Shown one piece after another: positions 11,532 through 25,725 of a stretch of DNA of 64,000 bases (the stretch's first letter is position 1; every line of letters starts with the position of its first letter). The translations under genes and the position numbers were made by a program. The notes under the pieces are model-generated. The model worked only from the letters and a program-made list of their open reading frames with translations, had not been told where the DNA came from and ran no database searches. The DNA is taken from assembly GCF_006345805.1 (NCBI RefSeq), contig NC_043025.1, positions 12,710,001-12,774,000 on the forward strand, in the 5' to 3' direction. The stretch is from Octopus sinensis. Lineage: Eukaryota.

Positions 11532-13547
11532 TCAGCTGGAAGTGGACAGCGAGCGGTAACTCCTGCCTACTTCGGCCGGCTTCGATTTGGGGAACTGCTT
11601 CGATGAAGATGACTTGCCGCTGCTTTCGCCACCGCCGCCGTCATCACCGTTCCATTCGGTGGTGAGGCTGCGAGTGATTCGCCGTGGAATCGCGGAGAGT
11701 CGCCTGAAAGAGTCAACATATATACTGTGGTCAATATTCTCAGAGTCTTCGTCATCGTGTGGTCCCTCATGCGGCTGCGTCGCTTGTCGACCAGTTTTAA
11801 ATGTGTCAGTGTTATTATTATTATTATTATTGTTGTTGTTATTATTGTTATTGTTATTATTATTATTACTAGTGCTACTACTCACAATGTCAGCTTGAGT
11901 TTCAGATGAATTCTCCTGCAGTGGAGTGCAATTAACCAAGGGGTCACTCACCCGGCAAGCGTCCAAATCGTGGCTTAGCTTCCGTCGTACTCGACGCTCG
12001 AGTGACAACCTTGGACAGGTTTTACTGTGATCAGAGTTGTTCAAATGCCTCTGTTGTTGTTGCTGCTGCTGATGATGATGTCGATGTCGTTCCTCGCCCC
12101 CCAACAGCCGCGTCTGCTTGCCGTTGGACGTCGGAACGTACTTCGGAGCCTTGTAGTCGTCCGCGGCGCCCACGCCGCTGTTGTGGGCCCCCTCGTACCA
12201 ATCGTCGTGAACGTATTTGAAGAGGCCCGAAGACAACCGGTCGAAGACAGAGGAGGCGGTGCCGTTTTCCTGGTTCTCGAGAGCAGAGCAATCATCAGCG
12301 AGGTAGTCTTGGATGTGCTTCCGCGTCATTTTGGCAAACCTCCAATAAGAGGAATTGTAATCGGGAGGATGGCAGTTCTTTTGTAAATTACTCATGAAGC
12401 ACTGAATCTTCTTGGATTGCAATAACTTATCCTGTAGATTCTCCCTCAATTTCTCAGGCACCAACAGCTTAGATTTCTCCAACAGACCATGCAATTCAGC
12501 CTTGATGCGTTCCGAAACGTGGCCGGTCGCTTTCAAAGGTGTGACGGTGTACCGAGTCAGTTCATCGTCGTCAGAGTCCTGGCTCGGGACGTCATCAGTC
12601 TGCTGCGAGTTCTCCCGCTTCATCTTGTGATGACCGAACCGGCGCCTTTGTTTCAAGCTCAAAACGGGGCCACCCTTGTTTTGGTGGACACTCACATCCA
12701 GCAATACGTTCGATTTGTCCTTGTTTTCGTTAGCTTCCGTTTTCTCGACCTTCACATTCGATATCGGATAGTCGATCATCTTGAACTTCGGATATCTCTG
12801 CGACAAATGCTGGTTGTGGCTGAATTTATCGGCCAGCTTCTTTTTTAGGGCTTTTTTTTCAAATTTTAACTTATGAACTTTGATGATGCTCTTCAATTTG
12901 CTCTTCCGACCGCTGCTCGTCTTGTTCGGCGTCGTCAGCAGGGAACACTTGCGATCCTTCAAAACATTCCGACAAGGGCCGATTGTTCTCTTAATCATTT
13001 TCTTTGTCGGTTGCCGTTTCGGGAGCAAGTTCTCCGGGGCGTCGTTGTCCCCGGACCCCTGGCTCTCATCATCGTCATCATCAGACTTTGCATTCTCCTT
13101 GTTCTTGTGAGGGATCAACTTCTTAATGTCATACTTCGGCATCCCTTCTCGTTTACTGTTCTCGCTGGACGGAGATTGGCGCGCCTTCTTCCGCACGCAC
13201 CCTTTCACGGACATCGGCGTCCGCTGCGGGCTACGGTAGACCGACTGGTGTTTGCTGTCGGAGGCGCCAAAGGACAAGTGGCGCTTGATGAAGTCTTCGT
13301 AGCCTACCCGTGATATGCCCCAGTCGGACAGGACTGTCGTGTCGGGGTCGTGGTCTTGCATAAGGAACACGTTATAGATGCTGTTGTCTTCATATTTGGC
13401 AAGGATCTTGTTCACCTCCCGCGAGGTCATCAGTTGTTTGTCACTGGTGAGTAGTTCCACTTGGGCTTGAAACACACTCTCCTTCACTCGGTAATAGTGA
13501 CGCTTCATCTTCTCCCGGCGACTCACCATATAACACAGGTTACGAAC
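11532..13547 (-). CDS. jade: JADE terminal coding exon ([13 protein letters not shown].. then long low-complexity tail)
   Basis: ttgcag acceptor; 2016 nt open to TGA; starts with the conserved RNLxYMVxRREK motif. Confidence 0.94.
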   Translation of the reverse strand, partial: VRNLCYMVSRREKMKRHYYRVKESVFQAQVELLTSDKQLMTSREVNKILAKYEDNSIYNVFLMQDHDPDTTVLSDWGISRVGYEDFIKRHLSFGASDSKHQSVYRSPQRTPMSVKGCVRKKARQSPSSENSKREGMPKYDIKKLIPHKNKENAKSDDDDDESQGSGDNDAPENLLPKRQPTKKMIKRTIGPCRNVLKDRKCSLLTTPNKTSSGRKSKLKSIIKVHKLKFEKKALKKKLADKFSHNQHLSQRYPKFKMIDYPISNVKVEKTEANENKDKSNVLLDVSVHQNKGGPVLSLKQRRRFGHHKMKRENSQQTDDVPSQDSDDDELTRYTVTPLKATGHVSERIKAELHGLLEKSKLLVPEKLRENLQDKLLQSKKIQCFMSNLQKNCHPPDYNSSYWRFAKMTRKHIQDYLADDCSALENQENGTASSVFDRLSSGLFKYVHDDWYEGAHNSGVGAADDYKAPKYVPTSNGKQTRLLGGEERHRHHHQQQQQQQRHLNNSDHSKTCPRLSLERRVRRKLSHDLDACRVSDPLVNCTPLQENSSETQADIVSSSTSNNNNNNNNNNNNNNNNNNNTDTFKTGRQATQPHEGPHDDEDSENIDHSIYVDSFRRLSAIPRRITRSLTTEWNGDDGGGGESSGKSSSSKQFPKSKPAEVGRSYRSLSTSS

Positions 13548-16500
13548 CTGCAAAGAAAAGAAGAGAAAAAAAAACCGATAAAAACAATAAAATACAAGAA
13601 CATGTATCAAAATTTAATACAGGCGCAGGAGTGGCTGTGTGGTAAGTAGCTTGCTAACCAACCACATGGTTCCGGGTTCAGTCCCACTGCGTGGCACCTT
13701 GGGCGAGTGTCTTCTGCTATAGCCCCGGGCCGACCAATGCCTTGTGAGTGGATTTGGTAGACAGAAACTGAAAGAAGCCTGTCGTATATATGTATGCAGG
13801 TGTGGCTGTGTGGTAAGTAGCTTGCTTACCAACCACATGGTTCCGGGTTCAGTCCCACTGCGTGGCACCTTGGGCGAGTGTCTTCTGCTATAGCCCCGGG
13901 CCGACCAATGCCTTGTGAGTGGATTTGGTAGACAGAAACTGAAAGAAGCCTGTCGTATATATGCGTGTGTGTTTGTCCCCCTAGCATTGCTTGACAACCG
14001 ATGCTGGTGTGTTTACATCCCCGTCACTTAGCGGTTCGGCAAAAGAGACCGATAGAATAAGTACTGGGCTTACAAAGAATAAGTCCCGGGGTCGATTTGC
14101 TCGACTAAAAGCGGTGCTCCAGCATGGCCGCAGTCAAATGACTGAAACAAGTAAAAGAGTAAAAGAGCATTAGTTTCAAATTTTGGTACAAGGCCAGCAA
14201 TTATAGGGGAGAGGGTAAGTCAATTTACATTGACCCCGAAATGGATGAAAGACCAATTAGACCTCGGCGGGATTTGAACTCAGAACATAATAAAGGCAGA
14301 TGAAATGCTACTAAGCATTTTGCCAGCTCACCGCCCTATCAAAGCATTAACCCTTTCGTTACCATATTTCTGACCAAAATAGACCCCTCATGAGTTTCAA
14401 TTAAATACTAAAATAATCGTGAATTTAGACTAGTTTCATTAAACAACTGTAACATATACTTATCAATATATTAATGTGATACAGTCAACTCTCGCTACTA
14501 TGCCAGTTTTGCGCGGTCCCGGCCAAATAATAAGCAAAAACTTTTTACTATGCCACCCTCAACTCTTGCTACTATGCCACTTGTAAACTGAAGCGCACGC
14601 AACTTTCCGAAATTTTGTACTCCTACATTTTGTACATTTCGTATTTGTAAATCTTGCGGAAAAGTCCAGAAAGTAGCACACAATGTCAGCTCAGAAACGC
14701 AAGCGGACTGAGTTTACGCTGAAGGAAAAGAAGGAGATTATCGATGCTGCGAAAAACGTTATTGTCAGGCCCCTCGTATCATTAGTAATATCTGATACAA
14801 GTTACCGTCCCTTGTATCGTCCGACATGTTTCACTCTAGAAGAAATAGCAAAGGAGGTAATGCATAACGAAGAGCCGGTGGAAAGTGAAGACGACGAGGT
14901 AATTGTGGAAGAGGAATACGTTTCGTTTGCAGATGCCCAGCGAGCATGGAGCACTATCCGAAAGTTTATGCAGCAGCAGAGCAGCGGAAAACCCAGCGTC
15001 ATTCAGGCGTGTGATAGGCTAGACAACGAAATGAATGAAATCCGCTGAAGGAAGATGCGTCAGCCGACAATTTCTGAGAGCTTCGGGATTAACTAAAAGC
15101 AATCCAAACTTAATAAACATGGATGTCTTCTTTTTACCATTGCATTGAACTTCTTATTGGCCTTACTTCCCACCCTATGAATTTTTATTCGTATGTTCAG
15201 TAAATTTTTGGTTACGTAGTGTTTAGATAACAGACCCTCGGTACTATGCCACTTTGGCTCAGTCCCGCAGGGTGGCATAGTAGCGAGAGTTGACTGTATT
15301 TGGAACATAATTAAAGAAAGGGTTCTTAATCAAATTCTGTTGCATAACTTTTGACTCAAAGTGACTCTAATTACAGGTAAATCCAGGTAAACTAAGCAAA
15401 AGGTAAAAATATTAGAATTTTGCTTAAATATCCGCCTTACTGGCACCTGTACTCAAGACTGAAACAAAAGATAATCTAAAGAGAATGCTTACCCTTTCAA
15501 GATCCTGGCGTAGATGGACAAACATCTTCATGCGAGCTGCAAGACTATCTTCTTGTTGTCTCTCCAGGAGACTTGCCTCATCTCGCTTAGGTGTCAATAG
15601 GGGCCGGTCATAATTGGCCTGGAAAAAAAGAGACATTACATGAGAATGTGTGTGTGTGTGTGATAGAGAAAGTACCTTTGACACACTCTCAACTCTTCAT
15701 TCTCAGCCCCCTCTCTTCCGCTCCCTACTCTTGTGTAATCCCTCTCTTGATCAAGACGCTTTATTTCACGCTGCAGAAATGAGTTGTGATGTCACAGGTG
15801 CCAAGCTGTATCGGCCCCTTTGCCTTTCCCTTGATACCACTGGTGGCGTGCGTACATACACGCAAGTACTGTCCAAATCTCCGACTAATCACATACAGCT
15901 AGCTGGCATTCAATTGGCGTAGCAAGTTTCGGGCATTTTGATTGGGTTTTGGATAGAAAATTCCACAAAAAAGTCACTTCTATTGATATTTTGATGGCTT
16001 TGCGGGGTGACTGGAGAAATGTAAAGATGTGCACGACCACCCTTGGACGGTTTTGAATGATCATAGAAAGTGCAAGCCCTCTAACTGAAAAATTGTGGAT
16101 TTGTATAAAGGACATGCACACACAGACATTTTGCTGTTCATATATATATATTTAATGGCTTTGTGGGGTGACTGGGGAAATGTAAAGATGTGCACCACCA
16201 CCCTTGGGCGGTTTTGAATGACCATAGACAGTGCAAGCCCTCTAACTGAAAAATTGTGGATTTGTATAAAGGACATGCAGACACAGACATTTTGCCGTTC
16301 ATATATATATATTTAATGGCTTTGCAGGGTGACTGGGGAAATGTAAAGATGTGCACGATCACCCTTGGACAGTTTTGAATGACCATAGAAAGTGCGAGCC
16401 CTCTAACTGAAAAATTGTGGATTTGTATAAAGGACACACACACAAACAGACATTTTGCCGTTTATATATATAGAGATATCACTGGCAGGGGAGATAAGTC

Positions 16501-19500
16501 ACTGCTATCTCTAGCGGTCGGGTGTTCATCATTGACAAAACCAAGGAAGGTCAAAAATCACATGATCCGGTGGTCTCAGCGCTGGAGATGGTGGGGGATT
16601 TATCTCCCCACTAGCAATATAAACAAGAATGCATTTTACACCAAGAGCCAATATGAGAAGTTCACTCATGATTTCTCTTGCAGTATAGCTTGTTCTAACA
16701 CTGCATGCACATTTGGGTGATGATTAAATATTACCTCTCAGGTATTAATTTGTCGTTAAGATATCTATTACTAAACAGGTGTGTCGTAACAGGGTTGACC
16801 AGGGAATGATAACAACAAGAACAATCTCCAATGACCTACCTTTCGCTTCAACTTCCAGTAGACATACACCAAATCCACAACATCGTAGTCAATGTTGAAC
16901 TTTGTAGAGACTTCCCGCACATTGACCAGAGTGTAAAACTCCTCGTCAAGCTGAGTTAGTCTACAAAAGAAAAAAATAATAATAATAATTAATTCGTTCG
17001 TTTATTGGCCACAAGGGTTAACGAAAATCAATTAAAACATAAAGGGACAAAACACAAGATGAAAGTTACAAAGGGTTTTGTCCGTTTGAAAAAGGTCCAT
17101 GTACAAAAAAAGGATGGCAACAAATATAAGTAACAATTAAAACTCCCAATAGGGGGAGGCGCTTCGAAAGGGTTACTCGTGAGAAAACCCATAAAAGCCA
17201 CGGGAGCCTGGTCAAAAGTGGGGTAGAGAGCCCCTTTCTCCTTTTATAATACTTTTTTTATACTACATAATATCTAACCCATAAAAGACACGGGAGCCTG
17301 GTCAAAAGGGGGGTAGAGAGCCCCTTTCTCCTTTTATAATACGTTTTTATACTACATAATATCTAACCCATAAAAGCCACGGGAGCCTGGTCAAAAGTGG
17401 GGTAGAGAGCCCCTTTCTCCTTTTATAATACTTTTTTTATACTACATAATATCTAACCCATAAAAGCCACGGGAGCCTGGTCAAAAGGTGGGTAGAGAGC
17501 TCCTTTCTCCTTTTATATTACCTTTTAATTCTCACAGGTGTATCCTCAGAATTGGTCCGTTCATACTGGCCATTCTTGCGACATTCACCCACCTTTCAAT
17601 AAACTTGCTACCAGACATCACTTCCCTCTCTACTCTCATCTTCCTTTTCAAGGGAAACTTGAAAAAGTTGATGAGGCCTTGGCCAAAGAGGAAAGTGTCT
17701 GACCTTAGCCCTTTCAAATGGGTCCACCATATCACCTCTTTCGCTACAGCCACTAGGCAAAGGAAAACTGCCTTGCCCTCCCGGTTAATCCTCACTATGG
17801 ATTCAGCTGAATAATAAGTGAATGTTTGCGTATATTCAGTATATATTTCTTTACTACCCACAAGGGGCTAAACACAGAGGGAACAAACAAGGACAGACAA
17901 ACGGATTAAGTTGATTACATCGACCCCAGTGCAAAACTGGTACTTTATTTTATCGACTCCAAAAGGATGAAAGTCAAAGTCGACCTCGGCGGAGTTTGAA
18001 CTCAAAACGTAATGACAGACAAAATACGGCTACGCATTTTGCCCGGCGTGCTAACGTTTCTGCCAAATCGCTGCCATATCAGGTAATACCGGCGTCAAGG
18101 GGTTAAAGAAATTATCTCTTTCTCATTCTTACTAAAATGCTTCAGATCATCCTTGTAGAGCAAATGGTTAATTCTTCCCTTACTGCTTCTCAACTGGTCC
18201 CCTGCTTTTGCCTTCTGTAGAAACACTGCCAGATCGACTGGAGCCTGGTGCAGCCTCCTGGCTTCCCAGACCCCGGTCGAACCGTCCAACTCATGCTAGC
18301 ATGGAAAACAGACATTAAACGATGATGATGATGATGAAGTAGGAGTTTTTAAAAAAAACTTACCTTGAAGCCCGCATATTGGCTTTCTCCTCTACAGAGA
18401 GTTCCTTACGACAGTTTACAATCTCTTTTCTGGGAGATTCCAACTCGGAATCGGCTTGGCTGCGTTCACGTTTTTTACTGTGTTTAGGACAATATGCCTG
18501 GAGCAAAGGAAAGAGAGAGAAATATAGCGTGATATACATAAGCGAGTGTATTTAGGGCTGAGCTTAGTATTCTTAGCTCTTTCGGCCCTTTAAACCCTTA
18601 TTGTTCGCATTATTCTGCCAAAATTAATGCTTATTTATTCTCATTGTTTTGAACTAATCATGCATTATCTTGTGGCTTTGAGATTTTGGATGAGGAAGCT
18701 GTTCATTTTTAGAATGTCTTTAGGGCTGAGCTTAGTATTTTTAGCTCTTTTGGCCCTTTAACCCTTATTATTCTGCCAAAATTAATTATTTTTTTATCCA
18801 AATAGTTTTGAACTAATCATGGATTATCTTGTAGCTATGAGATTTTGATGAGGTAGCTGTTAATTTTTTAAACAATATTGTAGGGTTGGTGTGAGAGACC
18901 AGATCTGGCCAGTTTGACCATAAAACAGGCAGAATACTTTTGCCCGGATATGACCGGTTTAAATGCTAAAGGGTTAAACCAGTCATGTCCAGGAGAAAAT
19001 ATTTTACCTTGTTTTATGGTCAAGCTGACCAGATCCGGCTTCTCACACCTAACCTACAATGTGGTTCTAAAAATAAGCAATCATATTGCTGTACCCAAGA
19101 AGACCTGTTCTCTCCAGCAGAAATGTTAAGGGCCCAACCTACCACTCCTAATTAAGAGAACTGACTAACGAGTGTTGTGTGCCAGTGGCACATAACAGCA
19201 TTCGTGCTGGTGTCGCATTAAAAGCACCCAACACACTCTGTAAAGTGGTTGGCTTTAGGAAAGGCATCCAAATGTAGAAACCCATGCTGAATCAGAATGG
19301 AACCTGGTGCACTTCTCCTGCTTGCCAGCTTTGGTTAAACCATCCAACCCATGTCAGATGATGATGGACATCTGAGAGCTATGGAATAATGCATCATCAT
19401 CATCGTTTAACGTCCGCTTTCCATGCTAGCATGGGTTGGATGGTTCAACTGGGGTCTGGGGAGCCCGAAGGCTGCACCAGGCCAGTCAGATCTGGCAGTG

Positions 19501-21106
19501 TTTCTACAGCTGGATGCCCTTCCTAACGCCAACCACTCCGAGAGTGTAGTGGGTGATTTTATGTGCCACCGACACAGGTGCCAGACGAGGCAGGCAGACG
19601 GCCACGCTCGGATGGTGTTTTTTATGTGCCACCGACACAGGTGCCAGACGAGGCTGGCGAACGGCCATGATCGGATGGTGTTTGTTACATGCCCACAGCA
19701 CAGAGGCCAGTCGATGCGGTGCTGGCTACGGCCACGTTCGGATGGTTTTCTTATGTGCCACCTGCACTGGTACCACAAAGATACAAATTCCATTGATGTT
19801 CATCTATTTTGATTTGGTTTGATTTTGATTTTCACTTGCCTCAACAACAGGTCTTCACAAGTGTCACAAGAAGGAAGGTATGCACAGGTGGACTGACTAC
19901 GTCCCAGGTAGGGGCCACGGGTTATGGCCTCACTAGTCTTGCCGGGTCTTCTCACACACAGCATACTTCCATAGGTCTCGGTCTCTAGTCATTTCCTTGG
20001 TGAGACCTAAAGTTCGAAGGTCGTGCTTCACCACCTCGTCCCAGGTTTTCCTGGGTCTACCTCATGATTACCGAAAATCTTTGATTCAATGCTGAGTGGC
20101 CGAAACAGAAATATCGTTATAGTAAATATTCTGTTCAATACAACAGATTTGGTTGTCAGTTGCTTGACCGTAACCACTTGAGATTTTATGTCCCTTAGTA
20201 CCTGACAATATGTACATCTCTGATCATGAGCAAGAGTGGTGGGAGAGAGCAAAACAGCCATGTTTTGAGAGGGATTCTTTGAGGTTATAAATATAACAAA
20301 AGCAAAGTTTGAAGGAAATATTGACCATTTTTCATGCTTTCTAGGAGTCAGCACACAGGAAATAACAGTTACCAGCCAGGGACCAAAACCATATTACACA
20401 GTGTTAGTCGTCCCTCCTCCTCTCTCATTTCTTCTATTAACTGTTTTTTTTTTCAGCAAAAAAGTGCCGCAACGACAGTACAGTCGGCAGGAGACGGTAG
20501 AGACCGAACCACTGGAGCGACAGAGAGTATCAAGATGTTCTTCATTTTGCTCTCCAGATGGCGCTCCCTTTTCCAGACCGTCCCCATCGGTACCGCAACC
20601 ACTTGTGTCTAAGATGAACAGAGGCAGAGAGGATGTCCACCACTGAAAGGTACCTTACACAGGTTAATAAGCTCGGAGAGGGACAGAGATTATCTGGCAG
20701 CGCAACAAGAGAAGAGAAAGGAACATGTCCAGTTGTACGTACCTTTAATTTTACTCCGCTCTCCACATCAGATTCATCCAATATCGTTCGCATCTCCAGG
20801 TTGTTGTTGAAAGCACAGGTAACATGGAAGGCTGTCTTGCAGGTTTTCACTGAGCACTGAATGCATGCTCCAACGCGCTCCTTGCATAGACAACACACTA
20901 ATGCCCAACGACTTGGCTGCAACACAGAGAAAGAAATATTTTTTTTAAAATTCTTATATAAAAGTATGCGTGTGTATGTCTACATATATATCATCATCAT
21001 CATATATATATATATATATATATCTAACCTAATAATTACATGCTATTATTTTAATATTTATAGCTGTAATTTCAGTGTCACCAATCCTAAAAAGAATGAT
21101 TATATG

Positions 21107-21157
<51 letters not shown>

Positions 21158-21605
21158 AAGGGAAAGTTTACGAAAATAAACAAAAGACGAAGGCAGGTGG
21201 AGTACAAACAAACAAATGTATTAGTATGGCGCTCAGGAATAGAAATAGAACAAGTCTTTTACGTTTCGAGCCTACGCTCTTTGGCAGAAAGATACACAGA
21301 AAAGAAACACGGAGAGAAACAAGGAGAGAAAAAAATGCGTGTAGGAGCTAACGATCTAACATGGCGTTGAAAAATATATAAAATACAAAATGGGACAAGA
21401 ACGCAAAACATTCAAATAGATGACACAAAAAAAAAAAAAACGGACGGGTCATTTAAAGCCTCTAATCTTCAGTCAAGAACAGGATCATCCTCGCAATTTT
21501 GGCTGATTAATCTTGAGATCGCTCCGATTCGGCCAGCCCCAAGGAAAAACTAAGCTACGAGCATTAGATTTCTTGGAAAAAGGATTGAATGTATACGAAA
21601 CAAGG

Positions 21606-21650
<45 letters not shown>

Positions 21651-24600
21651 ATTAAATTAAATAAGGGTAGAAATTGATATTAATATTTAACAGGTTGTTA
21701 TTACGTTAAGAGATAAACTGACAGGCTTACAAAGTCAATTTGTTTGGCTAAATGCTTTGAGGTGATGCCCCAGCTTGGTCGCAGTCTAATGACAAACAAA
21801 TAAAAGATATATATATATATAAAAACAACACAAATAAATAAAGGGAGTCTAATTACCGGAATCTGTGATATTTTAGTTATTGGTTCCATCCGTTCAACGC
21901 AGCCAATGCTAACCTCCGGTATCCACAGAGAACAGTTCACGTGTGCCCATTTGGTACCGCTTCTGAAGAAATTCATAAACACAAGAACAATATAATATTA
22001 CACATTACTTACAGAAGTTCTTGGAATCATGCAGAAAGTTCTATAACCCTTTAGTTATTTTATTTCTGCTGAAATACACAGACTTTGTTTCAATTAGTTT
22101 GGAAAGTGTTGAAGAATTTTATAGGCGCAGGAGTAGCTGTGTGGTAAGTAGCTTGCTAACCAACCACATGGTTCCGGGTTCAGTCCCACTGCGTGGCATC
22201 TTGGGCAAGTGTCTTCTGCTATAGCCCCAGGCCGACCAATGCCTTGTGAGTGGATTTGGTAGACGGAAACTGAAAGAAGCCTGTCGTATATGTGTATATA
22301 TATGTATGTGTGTGTGTTTGCGTTTGTCACCCCTAGCATTGCTTGACAACCGATGCTGGTGTGTTTATGTCCCCGTTACTTAGTGGTTCGGCAAAAGAGA
22401 CCGATAAAATATGTACTGGGCTTACAAAGAATAAGTCCCGGGGTCGACTTGCTCGACTAAAGGCGGTGCTCCAGCATGGCCACAGTCAAATGACTGAAAC
22501 AAGTAAAAGAGAGTAAGTAACTGCCTATTTTTAAGCTAGGGATTTTGAAGAAATGACAACGAAGGATTTCATTTACATTAGTGTAGGGGCTGTTGCCATG
22601 TAAAGAGCATCCAGCCATAAAAACCCTGCCAAAACAGACACAGTAGCCTGGGTAGTCTCCTACCTGGCCCGCTCCTGTCAAATTGTCCAACCTAAATCAG
22701 AGAAAACTCTATATATAAAGCTGAAGTTGTCAGTGTGTGGCAGGTTTGGTAGCCTTCAACTAACACTGTCTCCTCCGAGACCCTGCGGCACAAGTTGACC
22801 AAAATTGAGAGTATGATAGAAGAAGGCTTGCTCTTCCTTCTGTAGAAGAAAAAATTCAAATCGGACCATGTTAACACCAAAAATTATTTACATCAAAAAG
22901 GTGCTTTTTTTCTATGTGAAGTTGTCAGTGTGTGGCAGGTTTGGTAGCCTTCAACTAACACTATCTCCTCCGAGACCCTGCGGCACAAGTTGACCAAAAT
23001 TGGGAGTATGATAGAAGAAGGCTATTATTTACATCAAAAAGGTGCTTTTTTTTTTTCTATGAAAATCCCTATTTTTTTACAATCTTTTGACTGCTGTGTC
23101 GCCAATTTTCGGTGTATTTCAACCAGAAAAATGTTCACTTAAAGAGAATGCAAAATTTTTACTTTTCAAAAATTCCAATTCTAAAGGGTCGAAACAAACC
23201 CGAGCAATGCCAGGCGATACTGCTAGTATACCGAAATAATATGAACCAGAAACACAATCTGTTGAGCCACACACACACATCACCAGTGCTTTTTATGTGA
23301 AACCATCACCAGAAGCACATGTAACACTTACAAAGCCATTTGAACCACACACATACCCTCTAACCCAGAAACTCACGCACAGCACTCTATGGTTCCAAGA
23401 GCTTAGCACATGTTTCTGGCTCATACAAAGCTCTTTGGAGGTAGACACAGGCACACAAAGCTCCGAACCAGACACGAGACTTTTTCAGTCACCCACAAAC
23501 ACAAAATTCTTCAAACCAGAAACATCAGTAACCCCTACTTACCGGGTACTCTTCATAGCTCCGTTTGTATTTGGGCACAGAATACAGACAGGTTTGACCC
23601 CTAGGGAACAAGGTCTACATAGCCAACTGCCTTCAGGTATTGCTTGTATACCATAACAGGCCTACAAGAAAACAAGGGAGGAACAATGAGATTAACAAGG
23701 GCAGAAGGGCAATATTTTGGCACACACATCATCATCAAAATCCTTTTAGTATTTGAGAAAATTTATTATATGATTATAATTTTGTTTTGTATTATTATCA
23801 GTTCCTATGAGGGTGGCAAGCTGGCAGAATCATTAGCATTTGTGGAGGAACATGGCCTAGTGGTTAGAGCAGCGGACTCGCAGTCGAGGGATCACGGGTT
23901 CGAATCTCAGACCGGGCGATGTGTGTTTATGAGCGAAACACCTAAGCTCCACATGGAAAAAAAAGGTGGCGAGCTGGCAGAAACGTTAGCACTCAGGGCA
24001 AAATGCTTAGCAGTATTTCGTCTGCAGCTACATTCTGAGTTCAAATTTCACCAAGGTCGACTTTGCCTTTCATCCTTTTGGGGTTGATTAAATAAGTAGA
24101 AGTTAAGTACTGGGGTTGATATAATCTGCTTAATCCCTTTGTCTGTTCTTGTTTGTCCCCTCTGCTTTTAGCCCCTTGTGGGTAGCAAAGAAATAGGTAT
24201 TTCATCTGATGCTACGTTCTGAGTTCAAATTCCGTCGAGGTTGACTTTGCCTTTCATCATTTCGGGGTCGATTAAATAAGTACCAGTTATGCACTGGGGT
24301 CGATATAATCAACTTAATCCCTTAGTCTGTCCTTGTTTGTCCCCTCTGTGTTTAGCCCCTTGTGGGTAATAAAGAAATAGGTATTTTGTCTATTTTTACG
24401 TTCTGAGTTCAAATTCCACTGAGGTCAACTTTGCCTTTCATCCTTTCGGGGTCGATTAAATAAGTACCAGTTACGCACTGGGGTCGATATAATCGACTTA
24501 ATCCGTTAGTCTGTCCTCGTTTGTCCCCTCTGTGTGTAGCCCCTTCTGGGCAGTAACGAAATAAGGATCATTAGCATGCCGGGCAAACTGCTTCATCTCC

Positions 24601-25689
24601 CTTTACATTCATCATCATCGTTTAACGTCCGTTTTCCAAGCTAGCATGGGTTGGACGGTTCAACCAGGGATCTGGGAAGCCAGGGGCTGCACCAGGCTCC
24701 AGCTGGATGCCCTTCCTAACGCCAACCACTCCACGAGTGTAGTGGGTGCTTTTTACGTGCCCCTGCACAGCATTCTGAGTTTAAAATTCTACCAAGGTCG
24801 ACTTTGTCTTTCCACCAAAATAAGGACCAGTTGAGCACTGGGTTAATATAACCAACTTCCCACCCCTGCTGAAATTGCTGGCCTTCTCATTGGTATGAAG
24901 GCAGCAAGCTAGCAGAACAATTACCAGGTCACATAAAATGCTAAGCGGCATTTCACCAGTTTTTACACTCTGATTTCAAATTCTGCCAAGGTTAACTTAG
25001 CCTCACAATCTTTCAGGGCCAATAAAATAAGGTCCAGCTGAAAACCGGGGTCGATGTAATTGACTTAACCCCTCCCTTAAAATTGCCGGTCTTGTGCCAA
25101 ATTTTGAAACCAATAAAATCATTATTTATTGGTGAATATTAGGGGCAGGTGTGGCTGTGTGGTAAGAAGCTTGTTTCTCAACCACATAGTTAAAGGTTCA
25201 GTCCCACTGCTTGGCACCATGGGCAAGTGTTTTCTTCTATAATCTTGGGCCAACCAAAGCCTTGGAGGGAAGGAGAAAAAGAAAGGGACAGAGACAAAAG
25301 ACATCAATTTAAAAGGGAAAATGTCATAAATTCTGTTCTGGCAGGAACGAAAGATAATTGGTTAATTAGTAATTAAAAATAATTACCTGGTGGACACAAA
25401 TATCACAGCCATCACAGAAAACCATTTCATTGTTCTCTTCACTATCAGGCTGAAATAGAGAGAGGGAGGATCATAAGAATACACACACTTATAATTTTCT
25501 AGATGGTGTAATTTAATTTTTCATTTTGAATTTATAAAAGGTGTTTTTTTTCTAATTTATATATATATATAACAGGAAGGTTTACAAAAATAAACAAAAG
25601 ACGAAGGCAGGTGGAGTACAAACAAATAATGTATTAGTATGGCGCTCAAGAATAGAAATAAAACAAGTCTTTTACATTTCGAGCCTACG

Positions 25690-25725
<36 letters not shown>

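Noticed and set aside
10528-11606. Long YI/YM/HI-repeat ORFs (also 34545-36530)
   Set aside because: Translations of (TA)n/(TACA) microsatellites, open in most frames on both strands.
11567-13313. Multiple overlapping ORFs within the JADE last exon
   Set aside because: Shadow frames of GC-rich coding DNA.
13614-13997. Recurrent MSSNARG../[14 protein letters not shown].. ORFs throughout the window
   Set aside because: Antisense translations of SINE family A.
22123-22200. SINE heads as tRNA genes
   Set aside because: They have A/B boxes but no complete cloverleaf and continue into SINE bodies.
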